Shown piece after piece: positions 8,855-17,047 of a stretch of 41,872 bases of DNA (positions are counted from its first letter, which is position 1; each line of letters opens with the position of its first letter). The notes beneath the pieces are model-generated. The model was given only the letters and a program-made list of their open reading frames with translations. It made no database searches and was not told the DNA's origin. This DNA is from a virus (Duplodnaviria > Caudoviricetes), in the IMG/VR virus record IMGVR_UViG_3300027820_000014, positions 1-41,872 of that record; one strand, given 5' to 3'. Position numbers and translations under genes: made by a program.

Positions 8855-8883
8855 ATTGTGGCATATTCTCGTATGGATGTCTA
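8855..8883 (-). promoter_or_regulatory. Late promoter (PR'-like) TAGACA-17 bp-CACAAT
   Basis: Sigma70 spacing; lies between the Q-like gene and the terminator/lysis genes. Confidence 0.65.
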
Positions 8884-8923
8884 TACAGTGTGTATAAATA
8901 GACAACGCTGGCCAAAAATACAG
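8873..8923. promoter_or_regulatory. Three tandem LexA(SOS)-box-like 16-mers
   Basis: ATGGATGTCTATACAG (8873), GTGTATAAATAGACAA (8890), CTGGCCAAAAATACAG (8908; perfect CTG-N10-CAG). Confidence 0.55.
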
Positions 8924-8934
8924 TTATCTGTTGT

Positions 8935-9519
8935 TTATGCGCCATTATTGGCATCTTCTTTCTGGTTCATCCATTCGGCCACCGGCACCAAAGCAAGCCT
9001 TTCCCAATCATCCAAAAGCCCCGCTATCCAATCCCATTTATCTGCTAACGATTTATCATAATTACCTACCCCCACCTTACCAAACGCCTCCTTTTGCGCC
9101 TTGGTGTATAGGTCGTTTCTACTTACCGACATATCAGGCGGCTTTAGGTGTCTCGACTCCTGTAAGGCTGGCTTAATAATCAGCCTTGTCTTAATTTTCC
9201 ACTCTTTCGGCCTGTCTAATTTTTCCAGTTCCAAGCCGATCATGCAAAATAGATAGGCTCCGTACATCCTGTCCTTTACCTTGTCTAACTCTAGCTCTGC
9301 TGACCAAAGGTAATGCCCATACCTCCACAAGTGTTCTTTTTCGGGCTTCAGTGAGTCTATAGCCGCTTTAAGGCCAGACTCATATTTAGGGGAATACTTT
9401 CTACCCCCTGAAGTCTGCACAAATACCATGCCCTTGTCCGGCGTTGCCGTATAGGTGTTTAGGTGCCATAACTGCCTACAACTTCGGAGGGGTATATCAA
9501 ATTTGGTATATTCGTTCAC
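8935..9519 (-). CDS. Putative late-gene regulator/antiterminator (Q position)
   Basis: Last gene before the PR'/tR'/lysis genes; probable GTG start at 9519; several internal terminators in the late operon imply antitermination. Confidence 0.55.
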   Translation of the reverse strand: MNEYTKFDIPLRSCRQLWHLNTYTATPDKGMVFVQTSGGRKYSPKYESGLKAAIDSLKPEKEHLWRYGHYLWSAELELDKVKDRMYGAYLFCMIGLELEKLDRPKEWKIKTRLIIKPALQESRHLKPPDMSVSRNDLYTKAQKEAFGKVGVGNYDKSLADKWDWIAGLLDDWERLALVPVAEWMNQKEDANNGA

Positions 9520-9527
9520 AGCACCGC

Positions 9528-9686
9528 CTATGTATTGGGACAAGCTAACGATTTAAATCTAACCTTTGGGCATTTAATATCGCCGCATTCTGGGCAGGGG
9601 CTGTCCTCCCAAGGCCAGTATTTTCTAACATTGACTTCATTTGTAGGCCTGCGTTCTGGGCCTTTGCCTGCTTCAGATTGGGCCAT
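9528..9686 (-). CDS. Small Cys-rich (CPEC...C...C) protein, 52 aa
   Basis: Manual translation MAQSEAGKGPERRP...SPCPECGDIKCPK; fills an operon gap. Confidence 0.5.
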   Translation of the reverse strand: MAQSEAGKGPERRPTNEVNVRKYWPWEDSPCPECGDIKCPKVRFKSLACPNT

Positions 9687-9933
9687 CATTTATCTCTTTA
9701 AGCTCTGGGTGGAGAAGGCCCAACTGATACTCATCTGGAGGCTCTTGCAGCTTGGCTATTTTGACCAGAATTCTCTGATATTGCCCCTCTACATATTCAG
9801 CCGCTTGTGGTGTCATAGAGTCATTTGCGGCCCGTAAAGCACTGTATAGGTGCTCATCCATACCCTCATGGGCCAATGCAGCATCAACCAGATTGATCAG
9901 TACACACTTATCCGGCTCATCCATCGTCATCAC
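9673..9933 (-). CDS. Hypothetical protein
   Basis: Overlaps neighbours in the nin-like operon. Confidence 0.55.
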   Translation of the reverse strand: MMTMDEPDKCVLINLVDAALAHEGMDEHLYSALRAANDSMTPQAAEYVEGQYQRILVKIAKLQEPPDEYQLGLLHPELKEINDGPI

Positions 9934-10324
9934 CTCTTCTAAGTTTCAACTCCAACCTAGCTAAAGCGTTCCACGCCACTTGAGCAGCGTGTAAACAGCC
10001 GGTTCCGTTCACCCCGTCATCAAAATCACCAAAAGCCTCTTCAAGAATATGGCGGCCCATAGCATCTGAGTAACGCTCGAACCCATCAGGCACAGACTCC
10101 CAACCTTTCCATGCGTATTTCTTGGCCCCAACCTCAGAGACTTCTGCCACAGCAGCAATAGCTAGAGGGAAATAATTAAGCACCCCGCGAAATATTGGAG
10201 CCTTACCAGAATCCATTTTGGCCCCTGGGGTATGAGGGTTTTTACCTGTTGGATCAGACTCTATTTCAGGCCCACTGGTACAAAAATAGCTATAATCAAT
10301 GTCGCCACACCCTTTAGCCGTCAT
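9917..10324 (-). CDS. dATP/dGTP diphosphohydrolase domain protein (DUF5664-like)
   Basis: GAKMDSGKAP, GAKKYAWKGW, RYSDAMGRH, HAAQVAWNALA motifs. Confidence 0.8.
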   Translation of the reverse strand: MTAKGCGDIDYSYFCTSGPEIESDPTGKNPHTPGAKMDSGKAPIFRGVLNYFPLAIAAVAEVSEVGAKKYAWKGWESVPDGFERYSDAMGRHILEEAFGDFDDGVNGTGCLHAAQVAWNALARLELKLRRGDDDG

Positions 10325-11211
10325 TACCCCGCCCCCAATGAATTAAAACGCTTCTCTTGCCAATTCAACCATGCCGACTCTCGATATAGATCTGGATATT
10401 TAATCTTCATATATTCCCAAACCCTCATACCCTTCCGGATGTCGTTGTACTTTCTGCAAAGGAAATCTAGGGAGACCTCCATCAAGTCATAAGTGCCGTC
10501 AAACACTTCATGCTTGTAAATGATTCCGCGCCAGTGGCCGTTAGCCTGTGGGCCTTTATAATCCTCGTCGTGAAGGTAACAGGAGCCAGCAACCAAGCCA
10601 CGAATGTTCTTACCGTTGTTGAGGTATTTCTGACCTGAGTCATAGCCCTGTTGGTGGCCCATGCTAAAGCTGAAACCAATATTATTGAGGCGCGTTTTAA
10701 TGTTCTGGCCACCATACGGACGACCAGTCATCGGGTTATAAAAGTAGTGGGAATAGGCTATTCCATCTATGTGGGCTATAGATTCAAAGGGATGAATTGT
10801 CCACCCAAAGTTCTCGTAATGAAGCTCTTGGAGATTCAAAAACCCATCAAGCGCGGCATCATTTTCAGCCGCCCTGCTTATTCTGTCCTCATGGTTGCCA
10901 AGCGTAAAATGTAGCTCTGGTTTATATTGCTTTTCTTTGAATCTGATCTTTTTGGCGTTGTAATCCTTCAAAGGCTTCATCAGTTCGCCCATAGCGGTAT
11001 AGGCTGCGTTTAAATCCTCTCTAATCCTCCGCCCTTCTGCTGACCTCCTACCTTTGTCATAACTAGACAGTGAGGGCATATCAGCAAAGTCACCGATATT
11101 GATAACCACGTCAGGCTTCTTATCAACGATGTATTGCCCTATCCAGCCTAAATGGTCGGTGGGCACTCCAGGCTTTACCTGGCAGTCAGGGATCATTAGG
11201 TGTTCCCTCAT
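10324..11211 (-). CDS. Calcineurin-like metallophosphoesterase
   Basis: IPDCQ, GDFAD, LGNHEDR, YSH, GHQQ motifs. Confidence 0.85.
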   Translation of the reverse strand: MREHLMIPDCQVKPGVPTDHLGWIGQYIVDKKPDVVINIGDFADMPSLSSYDKGRRSAEGRRIREDLNAAYTAMGELMKPLKDYNAKKIRFKEKQYKPELHFTLGNHEDRISRAAENDAALDGFLNLQELHYENFGWTIHPFESIAHIDGIAYSHYFYNPMTGRPYGGQNIKTRLNNIGFSFSMGHQQGYDSGQKYLNNGKNIRGLVAGSCYLHDEDYKGPQANGHWRGIIYKHEVFDGTYDLMEVSLDFLCRKYNDIRKGMRVWEYMKIKYPDLYRESAWLNWQEKRFNSLGAG

Positions 11212-11510
11212 ACAACCCTCTTTTCATGGTGTTTGGCTAGCTCTAAAAAGCCGTCCAGCGTTTCAACAACAAAACAGGGGCCACTTCCCCACCTGTCAAA
11301 GAAATCTTTCTCTTTCGGCGTTAATTTTCTGTCGCTGGGCTTTTGTTTTGGGTCTTTCACCTCAATCAAATAGTTTGTACCACGATACCCGACCACCAGA
11401 TCAGGAAAGCCGCCTCCTAATCTAGATGTATCAGCAACATCAGCCCCTATTTTCCTAAGCTCCTTAATCAAGTCTGATTGATTCCCATCAGTTCTCGCAG
11501 CCCACCTCAT
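11208..11510 (-). CDS. VRR-NUC family nuclease (Holliday junction resolvase-like)
   Basis: GFPDLVVG...LIEVK (PD-(D/E)xK). Confidence 0.8.
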   Translation of the reverse strand: MRWAARTDGNQSDLIKELRKIGADVADTSRLGGGFPDLVVGYRGTNYLIEVKDPKQKPSDRKLTPKEKDFFDRWGSGPCFVVETLDGFLELAKHHEKRVV

Positions 11511-11797
11511 GCCAACAGCTCCACCACTTCTAGCAACAGTTCATACTCAGTGCCGTAGGCTTTCTCAAACGCTGTTTTGTTAGCGTGTCTTGTTTTATAA
11601 CCGTCCCCAGGTATTTGGTGGTGCCTGCCACACAAAGGAATCGTTTTAAGGTGCGCCCCAGGTTTAGTTTTGCCATCAATGTGGTGGGGGCTGGCCTCAG
11701 TAAACAAGCCAAACTCCTTTCTACAAACAATGCAGCCAAGCTCGCAAATACTCGCAAGCCATCGCCGTTCTTCCGCATTTGGTCGCCGTCCTTTCAT
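11507..11797 (-). CDS. Ref-like/DUF968 HNH nuclease
   Basis: GCIVCR...PHH...IPLCGRHH...FEKAYGTE. Confidence 0.75.
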   Translation of the reverse strand: MKGRRPNAEERRWLASICELGCIVCRKEFGLFTEASPHHIDGKTKPGAHLKTIPLCGRHHQIPGDGYKTRHANKTAFEKAYGTEYELLLEVVELLA

Positions 11798-11982
11798 TAA
11801 ATATCCAGGGTGATCCTGCACCAGGCTTCCCAGTGGTCGCCACCGCCAATCCCACCATTCTCACTAGCGGAGCCACTAATCATTCTTATCTCCGCTCCCG
11901 TCTTTGCAGTAAACGTATAAAGAATGCTTTCAATCTCACGCTCGGCTTTGGCTTTTTCATCACTCAACTCTTCAACCGTCAT
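11797..11982 (-). CDS. Hypothetical protein
   Basis: 61 aa; coupled to the downstream gene. Confidence 0.5.
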   Translation of the reverse strand: MTVEELSDEKAKAEREIESILYTFTAKTGAEIRMISGSASENGGIGGGDHWEAWCRITLDI

Positions 11983-12032
11983 ACCTACCCCTTGTAGCCT
12001 GTATAGCTACGATTGTTTCTTTTCTAACTACG

Positions 12033-12449
12033 TTAAAACTCAACAACCATGTCTAACTGCTCTTTGGTAATACCTTGCCCGTAGCGGTCAATAAACGCCT
12101 GTACAACACGGCCAAATAACTCATTGAATAAGTTCTCGTCGTCTAACTCATCCCAATTGATTGTTTTAGCAATAAATATCTTCTCGCCTGTTTTGGGTGA
12201 AATAACCTCGTCATAATGACCCCCACACATTTCTAAATACTTGCGAAAAACCTGGTCATCATCGAACTGCTCTTGCATGGAAAACGCTAGGTTTATAAAG
12301 GCAAAAAAGCGGCGATGGTTTGCTGCGCTACGACCTTTCTTGTAATCAAGCAAAGCCTCGTTTCTTTCACCCACCTGAGCCAACACTTTCACGGCATTCT
12401 GGCAAGCCGGAACTAAACTATTTCCTTCACGCCTAAAGATGGCTTTCAA
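12033..12449 (-). CDS. DUF1367/NinB-like protein
   Basis: RSAANHRRFFA, GHYDEV, KTINWDELD motifs; nin region. Confidence 0.65.
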   Translation of the reverse strand: MKAIFRREGNSLVPACQNAVKVLAQVGERNEALLDYKKGRSAANHRRFFAFINLAFSMQEQFDDDQVFRKYLEMCGGHYDEVISPKTGEKIFIAKTINWDELDDENLFNELFGRVVQAFIDRYGQGITKEQLDMVVEF

Positions 12450-12604
12450 CTAAAACTGCCCGCCAGCAAAGCAACTGCCATCACATCAAGAATTCCGGTC
12501 ATTAAAAACAATGCCCCAGGGATTTTTGTCTCCATCTCGGCACCCTTCCACGCTAAAATCGCGTTCGGAACCATGACCATCATTGCCACTGAAAAAGTAA
12601 TCAT
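12446..12604 (-). CDS. Small membrane protein
   Basis: Two hydrophobic segments; probable start MITFSV. Confidence 0.4.
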   Translation of the reverse strand: MITFSVAMMVMVPNAILAWKGAEMETKIPGALFLMTGILDVMAVALLAGSFS

Positions 12605-12605
12605 T

Positions 12606-12803
12606 TCACCACCACTTTCGCTTGTCAGAGGCAAGAGCAACAGCCACAAGGACAAAAAGGATTACAACAGCCAGAACAAACCCACCCCAAAATGGGGCTG
12701 TCACCCACCACCATGACCAAGAAATAATGCCGCCAAGCTTTAGCCCGACGAACAAAACACCAAGAAGCCCAAACACCCCAATGCCACCACTTTCTTGACT
12801 CAT
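12606..12803 (-). CDS. Small membrane protein (LKLxGxIxWSWWWVTAPFW family, common in phages)
   Basis: Characteristic Trp-rich motif. Confidence 0.7.
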   Translation of the reverse strand: MSQESGGIGVFGLLGVLFVGLKLGGIISWSWWWVTAPFWGGFVLAVVILFVLVAVALASDKRKWW

Positions 12804-12814
12804 TTCACCACCCC

Positions 12815-13003
12815 TTATTTTTCTTGATGATCTTCACTATCTCGAAGTCCAGTTCTATTGCTGACTGCTGGCTTATCGGCATCTGAGGGTTGGCAAAAGG
12901 CTTCCAAGCCTCCAGCCCATCTTGCGAATGCGTCGAATTTTTCTTGTTCGGTATAGCCATTTGTATTGACTTCAGCTTTTTCGGCCCTTGCTTTTCCATT
13001 CAC
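12815..13003 (-). CDS. Hypothetical protein
   Basis: GTGA overlap with the upstream stop; an alternative overlapping frame (12805-12999) also exists. Confidence 0.4.
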   Translation of the reverse strand: MNGKARAEKAEVNTNGYTEQEKFDAFARWAGGLEAFCQPSDADKPAVSNRTGLRDSEDHQEK

Positions 13004-13326
13004 GCTGCCACCTTGTTTTGCTCTAAAACAAACCCTGCTCTTTTAATCACCATCCTGATCCATTCGGGCTCTACGCCGGCGAGATTCGCGTGATACATAT
13101 CCCCACATAAATATCTATGGGCAGATGCCTCCGACGACTTTGTTTCGTTTATCGTTTGTGGCCTTGCGCTAGGGTTGGGTGTATAAAGCCTTGGATCAAA
13201 AGCATCTGATATTGCTTGACATACGACCGCGCACATAAGCCTACCGCCAGGGCTTTTAGGAAACTGCCTGGACAGCAGCCTACGGACAGCCGAAACCTTT
13301 TTGTGATCTTTTATCTCTGCCGTCAT
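13000..13326 (-). CDS. Hypothetical protein
   Basis: 108 aa; LMCAVVCQAISDA motif; follows the helicase. Confidence 0.6.
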   Translation of the reverse strand: MTAEIKDHKKVSAVRRLLSRQFPKSPGGRLMCAVVCQAISDAFDPRLYTPNPSARPQTINETKSSEASAHRYLCGDMYHANLAGVEPEWIRMVIKRAGFVLEQNKVAA

Positions 13327-13335
13327 CCGACCCCC

Positions 13336-14691
13336 CTAGTAATTAAGATTTTTAACTTTTTGCGGCGTATCAATTGCAGCCCTTGCCGCATCTTGATCTG
13401 CCTCTCTAACGGTGCCATCAACCAAATCAAAATAAACCGTTCCTGTATTGCCATGCCGGTTAAGCCTAACAATGGCTTCTGTTAGCTCTTCATTTGGCGT
13501 GACGTTATAAGCGCCCTCTCTGTAAAGCCCAACCCACAAGTCACAATCCTGCTCTATCTGTCCTGTGTCTCTTGAATCAGAGGGTAATGGCCGCTTACAC
13601 GTTCGGGATTCAAGCGATCTGTTCAGCTGGCTTAACAACAAGACAACGCAATTCAATTCTTTGGCTAAGTTTTTTAATGCCTTAGTAATCTGCCCATAAC
13701 CAATATCGTTACGCTCTGCCCCGCTTGCTTCCATCAGGGTTAAATAATCAACCGCAACCAAGCCAACCTTGTTTTTTCTGTTGAGCTTTCTCGCCTCCCT
13801 CAAAACATGGGCAATGCGTATACCGGGCGTATCGTCAATATGGAGCTGTGATTGATTAAACCCGCCTGCCGCATCACAAACGGCAGCCCAATCATCGGCA
13901 TCCTTTGCAGCTCGATAAAATATCTCTGGGTTAACGTGAGATTGGTTGACCATCATGCGTTCATAGATTTGCGCCTCTGGCATTTCCAGACTAAACACCG
14001 CCACAGCCTCTTTTCGCTCTAAAGCGTAGTGAAGGGCTATATGGGTAAGTAGTGCTGTTTTGCCCATCTTTGGCCTAGCACCAACAACAACCAAAGAGCC
14101 AGCAGGAACACGTTTTGGATATAGCATCCGATCAAGCGCATCAATGCCCAAAGTGAACCCGCGCGTTTTACCTTCAAGCCTGTTTTCAACCTCTGCCAGC
14201 CAGTCTTTTCCAACATCCTTGATATGTCTCAAACCTTGGGTATTGTTTCTAATTGCACGATCTTGAATAGCGGATATTTGCGACTCGGCCAAACCTAGCC
14301 TTTGGTAAATATCGCCTTGTGATTTGTCGGTAATCGTTGCGATGGCATTATTCAGAGTTGAAACCGCAGAACGCTCAACAGACTCCGATCTAACCAGCTC
14401 GGCATAGCTAACAATATTGGCCGAACTTGGAACCCCTGCTGAAACGCTGGCCAGGTAATCCATGATTTCGGGGCGATAACGATTGTCGTGTTTGCTTTCA
14501 GCGTCTACGGTGAATAGGTCTGCCCTGCCGTTTCTTTCAGCCAGCCGGGTAATGGACTCAAACGCTATACCCAAATCAACATCGGAAAACGATGAAGGCG
14601 ACAGCATCCCAATGACTTTTTGCGCTGTATCGCCGGACAAGTCTCCCAGCAACATCAACCCCCCAATAACATTTTGTTCAGCCGCGCTCAT
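13336..14691 (-). CDS. dnaB: Replicative DNA helicase, DnaB family
   Basis: GARPKMGKT, FSLEMP, VDYLTLM, LSQLNR, DTGQIEQDCD, NRHGNTG. Confidence 0.95.
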   Translation of the reverse strand: MSAAEQNVIGGLMLLGDLSGDTAQKVIGMLSPSSFSDVDLGIAFESITRLAERNGRADLFTVDAESKHDNRYRPEIMDYLASVSAGVPSSANIVSYAELVRSESVERSAVSTLNNAIATITDKSQGDIYQRLGLAESQISAIQDRAIRNNTQGLRHIKDVGKDWLAEVENRLEGKTRGFTLGIDALDRMLYPKRVPAGSLVVVGARPKMGKTALLTHIALHYALERKEAVAVFSLEMPEAQIYERMMVNQSHVNPEIFYRAAKDADDWAAVCDAAGGFNQSQLHIDDTPGIRIAHVLREARKLNRKNKVGLVAVDYLTLMEASGAERNDIGYGQITKALKNLAKELNCVVLLLSQLNRSLESRTCKRPLPSDSRDTGQIEQDCDLWVGLYREGAYNVTPNEELTEAIVRLNRHGNTGTVYFDLVDGTVREADQDAARAAIDTPQKVKNLNY

Positions 14692-15379
14692 AATTACCTT
14701 CCAGCACCTTGATAAAATTACTTTCGGTTATCAGCCATTCAAAATTAGCCTGAAACTTGTTATCTGTTCTGCCCATCAAAAAATCAGATTGTGAAACCTT
14801 TTGAAAATAAGATTTCCACCACCCAACCTCCTGGGCAGCATCAGAGCCTAACCATCGTGCCTTGAGATATGTTTTCCGTTTATCAGATAAGACTTTGACT
14901 TCTGGCAATTCAGGTAATGTTTCGTGATAAACATTCACAATGTCCTGATAAGGACATTTGGGAGACTGGGTTATAGTCTTTGTGTTTTCTTTTCTTATCT
15001 CTTCTCTTCTCTTCTCTTCTGGTGCAAGTTTCTTAAAGTTACTTAAAGTTTCTTTAATTTCCTTGTTTTGTGTCATCGTGTTATCGAGGCGTTTTGCTAG
15101 TTTTAGGCAGGTTATTCTGTCGCCTGAACACTCAAATAAACCCAGGTTTATCATGTCTACCATGATCTTTTCTACGCGCAACGTGTCTATTTTTAAGTGG
15201 TAGCCAATCACTTCAGCATCATGCTTTAATTCAAATGAGATATTGTCAGGGGCCACCCTTGCAGCGATAAGTTCAATGCAATACCAATACAAGGCATAAC
15301 CTTCAGCTCCGTAGCGCATCAGTATTGTTTGCAACTTGTCATCGGTGTGGGCGTTTGCGTCATGCTTAAACCACTTCAT
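14678..15379 (-). CDS. Replication initiator (O-position protein)
   Basis: MKWFKHD...YGAEGYALYW N-terminal domain; EEKRREE linker; C-terminal SDFLMG...ANFEWL...KVLEGNY; upstream of DnaB. Confidence 0.8.
   Translation of the reverse strand: MKWFKHDANAHTDDKLQTILMRYGAEGYALYWYCIELIAARVAPDNISFELKHDAEVIGYHLKIDTLRVEKIMVDMINLGLFECSGDRITCLKLAKRLDNTMTQNKEIKETLSNFKKLAPEEKRREEIRKENTKTITQSPKCPYQDIVNVYHETLPELPEVKVLSDKRKTYLKARWLGSDAAQEVGWWKSYFQKVSQSDFLMGRTDNKFQANFEWLITESNFIKVLEGNYERG
15026..15055. repeat. Three 10-bp tandem repeats (AAGTTWCTTW); candidate ori iterons
   Basis: AAGTTTCTTA-AAGTTACTTA-AAGTTTCTTT inside the initiator gene, AT-rich surroundings. Confidence 0.45.
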
Positions 15380-15592
15380 AGCTTAAGCCTTTTCAGCAGC
15401 TTTCTTATTGCTTTTTGATATTCGCCATAAGATAAATTCAAACGTTCTATTTTTGCTTTTTCTCGCTCGTATTCTGTCCAGCTCATAGCGCAATCAACAC
15501 CAGCAGCACAAACCCCACAACAACCCATACAGCCATACGTTTAAAATTCATATACCAGTCCTGTAATTCTCCATGTCTCATAAATCACCTAT

Positions 15593-15616
15593 AAAAAAAT
15601 ACCGCCCGAAGGCGGT
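15593..15616 (-). terminator. Intrinsic terminator after the cII-like gene
   Basis: ACCGCC-TTCG-GGCGGT hairpin followed by a T-run. Confidence 0.8.
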
Positions 15617-15631
15617 TAAGTGGAGGGAGAG

Positions 15632-16036
15632 TTATCCTGTTCCGAGCAATTGCGCTCGCTCTGCTTCTAATTCTGCAAGCCGTTGAGCCACTGATTTTTG
15701 ACATACCAGTAAGCCTTTTTCATATAGGTCGGCCCATTGGTCAATAGCGGTATTACCACATATCTTTTGTAATTTGATTTGACGAGTTCGGCTCATGTAC
15801 TTGGGGCGGTCGTTGTTGTCTGCATTTAACATGCAGTTCAGCTCACCCTTTTTTAACGGCTTTGGTTCGTCGGCACTGATTAGCTGTGCAATGACCTCTT
15901 GCGTCCTATGTACCCTCGCGTAACGAATGCAATAGCGAAAAGCCGCTTGCTCCGTAGGCAGGTGGGCTATCTCCTCATACGGCATTTCACGCATTTCATT
16001 ATTAATGCAGCCTATTAATGGCAATGATTTCTGCAT
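15632..16036 (-). CDS. CII-position transcriptional regulator
   Basis: Between cro and the initiator; HTH-like segment and C-terminal coiled coil; TTGC-N6-TTGC repeats at its start. Confidence 0.55.
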   Translation of the reverse strand: MQKSLPLIGCINNEMREMPYEEIAHLPTEQAAFRYCIRYARVHRTQEVIAQLISADEPKPLKKGELNCMLNADNNDRPKYMSRTRQIKLQKICGNTAIDQWADLYEKGLLVCQKSVAQRLAELEAERAQLLGTG

Positions 16037-16040
16037 GTGT

Positions 16041-16064
16041 TTGCTCTCGTTTGCTAACGTTTGC
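16041..16064 (+). promoter_or_regulatory. CII-type binding site (TTGC-N6-TTGC-N6-TTGC), PRE-like
   Basis: TTGC at 16041, 16051 and 16061, oriented toward the repressor region. Confidence 0.6.
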
Positions 16065-16187
16065 TTACGCCTTACTACTTAAATAAAAACCCATTTAAGG
16101 GCTAAAGCGTTTTAATCACCTGTCTAGTGCAATTCCAGCTTGGAAGAGGATGGCAACCAAAATGGCTAAACAAGTGATTGAAAGGCT

Positions 16188-16391
16188 CTAGGCGGCAACA
16201 TCTCCAAAGACATCGGGGCGAAGATCCTCAAGAGGAACACCTGTTATCTGATGTATAGGCTTGCAGTACTGCGCGGGAACGCGGTTCTGTAACCAATAAG
16301 AGACATGCTGCTGCTTAACATCACCAGGCAATAAAGCTGCTAACTTTGCCTGTGACCCTGCTTTTTTAATCGCTAACTTCAATCCACTCAT
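16188..16391 (-). CDS. cro: Cro-like HTH regulator (YdaS-like)
   Basis: AIKKAGSQAKLA...VSYW...VP...GVPLEDLRPDVF. Confidence 0.85.
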   Translation of the reverse strand: MSGLKLAIKKAGSQAKLAALLPGDVKQQHVSYWLQNRVPAQYCKPIHQITGVPLEDLRPDVFGDVAA

Positions 16392-16397
16392 AGGGCA

Positions 16398-16426
16398 AGA
16401 CTACAAATTTAATTTGTTCTTGTCAA
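16398..16426 (-). promoter_or_regulatory. PR-like promoter TTGACA-17-TAGTCT containing operator ACAAATTTAATTTGT (16403-16417)
   Basis: Consensus spacing; palindromic operator shared with PL; the cro ATG is only 6 nt after -10 (probably leaderless). Confidence 0.8.
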
Positions 16427-16630
16427 CAAACTAAATTGAGAGTTATGCTTCGTTGAACGAGGAGGATTTGAAGCTTGTAAAGGACTATATTCAATTTCTT
16501 CTCTGGAAGCGCGACCAGCGTTAGATTTAATCTCAGACATAAACCGCATTACTAATAATATCTCTTTATCTGTCAGCAGGTCGGCAATCTTTTCCGCCTC
16601 TTTAATTTTCTTATTTTCTTCCATGACCAA
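16409..16630 (-). CDS. Small hypothetical protein in the immunity region
   Basis: 73 aa; helical N-terminal half; 3' end runs into PR. Confidence 0.4.
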   Translation of the reverse strand: MVMEENKKIKEAEKIADLLTDKEILLVMRFMSEIKSNAGRASREEIEYSPLQASNPPRSTKHNSQFSLLTRTN

Positions 16631-16713
16631 TCCATCGTTTACAACATCAGCCTGTTATAATTAGACCTTTATGCCTGCTTGTTCAACAGTTAATAGAAAA
16701 ATATAAAGCAGGC

Positions 16714-17010
16714 ATGATAAAACCAATAAAAATATCATTCTCCATGACACAAGTAAAGCAGTTATGCGATTACCTGGCAGATAAGAATAAAGAAATTCCT
16801 TACGCAAGATTAGGAGCGCTGGAAAGAAACGAGACAGAACCGGACATCAACGAGGTCAATATCCTTTGTGATGAGCTGAGAATGTCAGCAGATTGGTATT
16901 TGAGGGAGAACATCTATTCAGAAGGAACACTAATACGCTTAATCGGCGAACTTAAGTCCAAAGACCGAAAGCTCGCTTTTATGTATTTGGATTGCTTAAA
17001 AAACAAATGA
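16714..17010 (+). CDS. Short XRE-family HTH protein; candidate immunity repressor
   Basis: MTQ...LGALERNETEP...LCDELRMSADWYL; divergent from cro; no S24 peptidase domain. Confidence 0.65.
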   Translation: MIKPIKISFSMTQVKQLCDYLADKNKEIPYARLGALERNETEPDINEVNILCDELRMSADWYLRENIYSEGTLIRLIGELKSKDRKLAFMYLDCLKNK

Positions 17011-17047
17011 TCTCGCACAAAGCGATCCAAGGTATGTCAAGCACAAC

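Noticed and set aside
14990-15020. CTTCT microsatellite as a phase-variation tract
   Set aside because: It encodes the EEKRREE linker typical of phage replication initiators.
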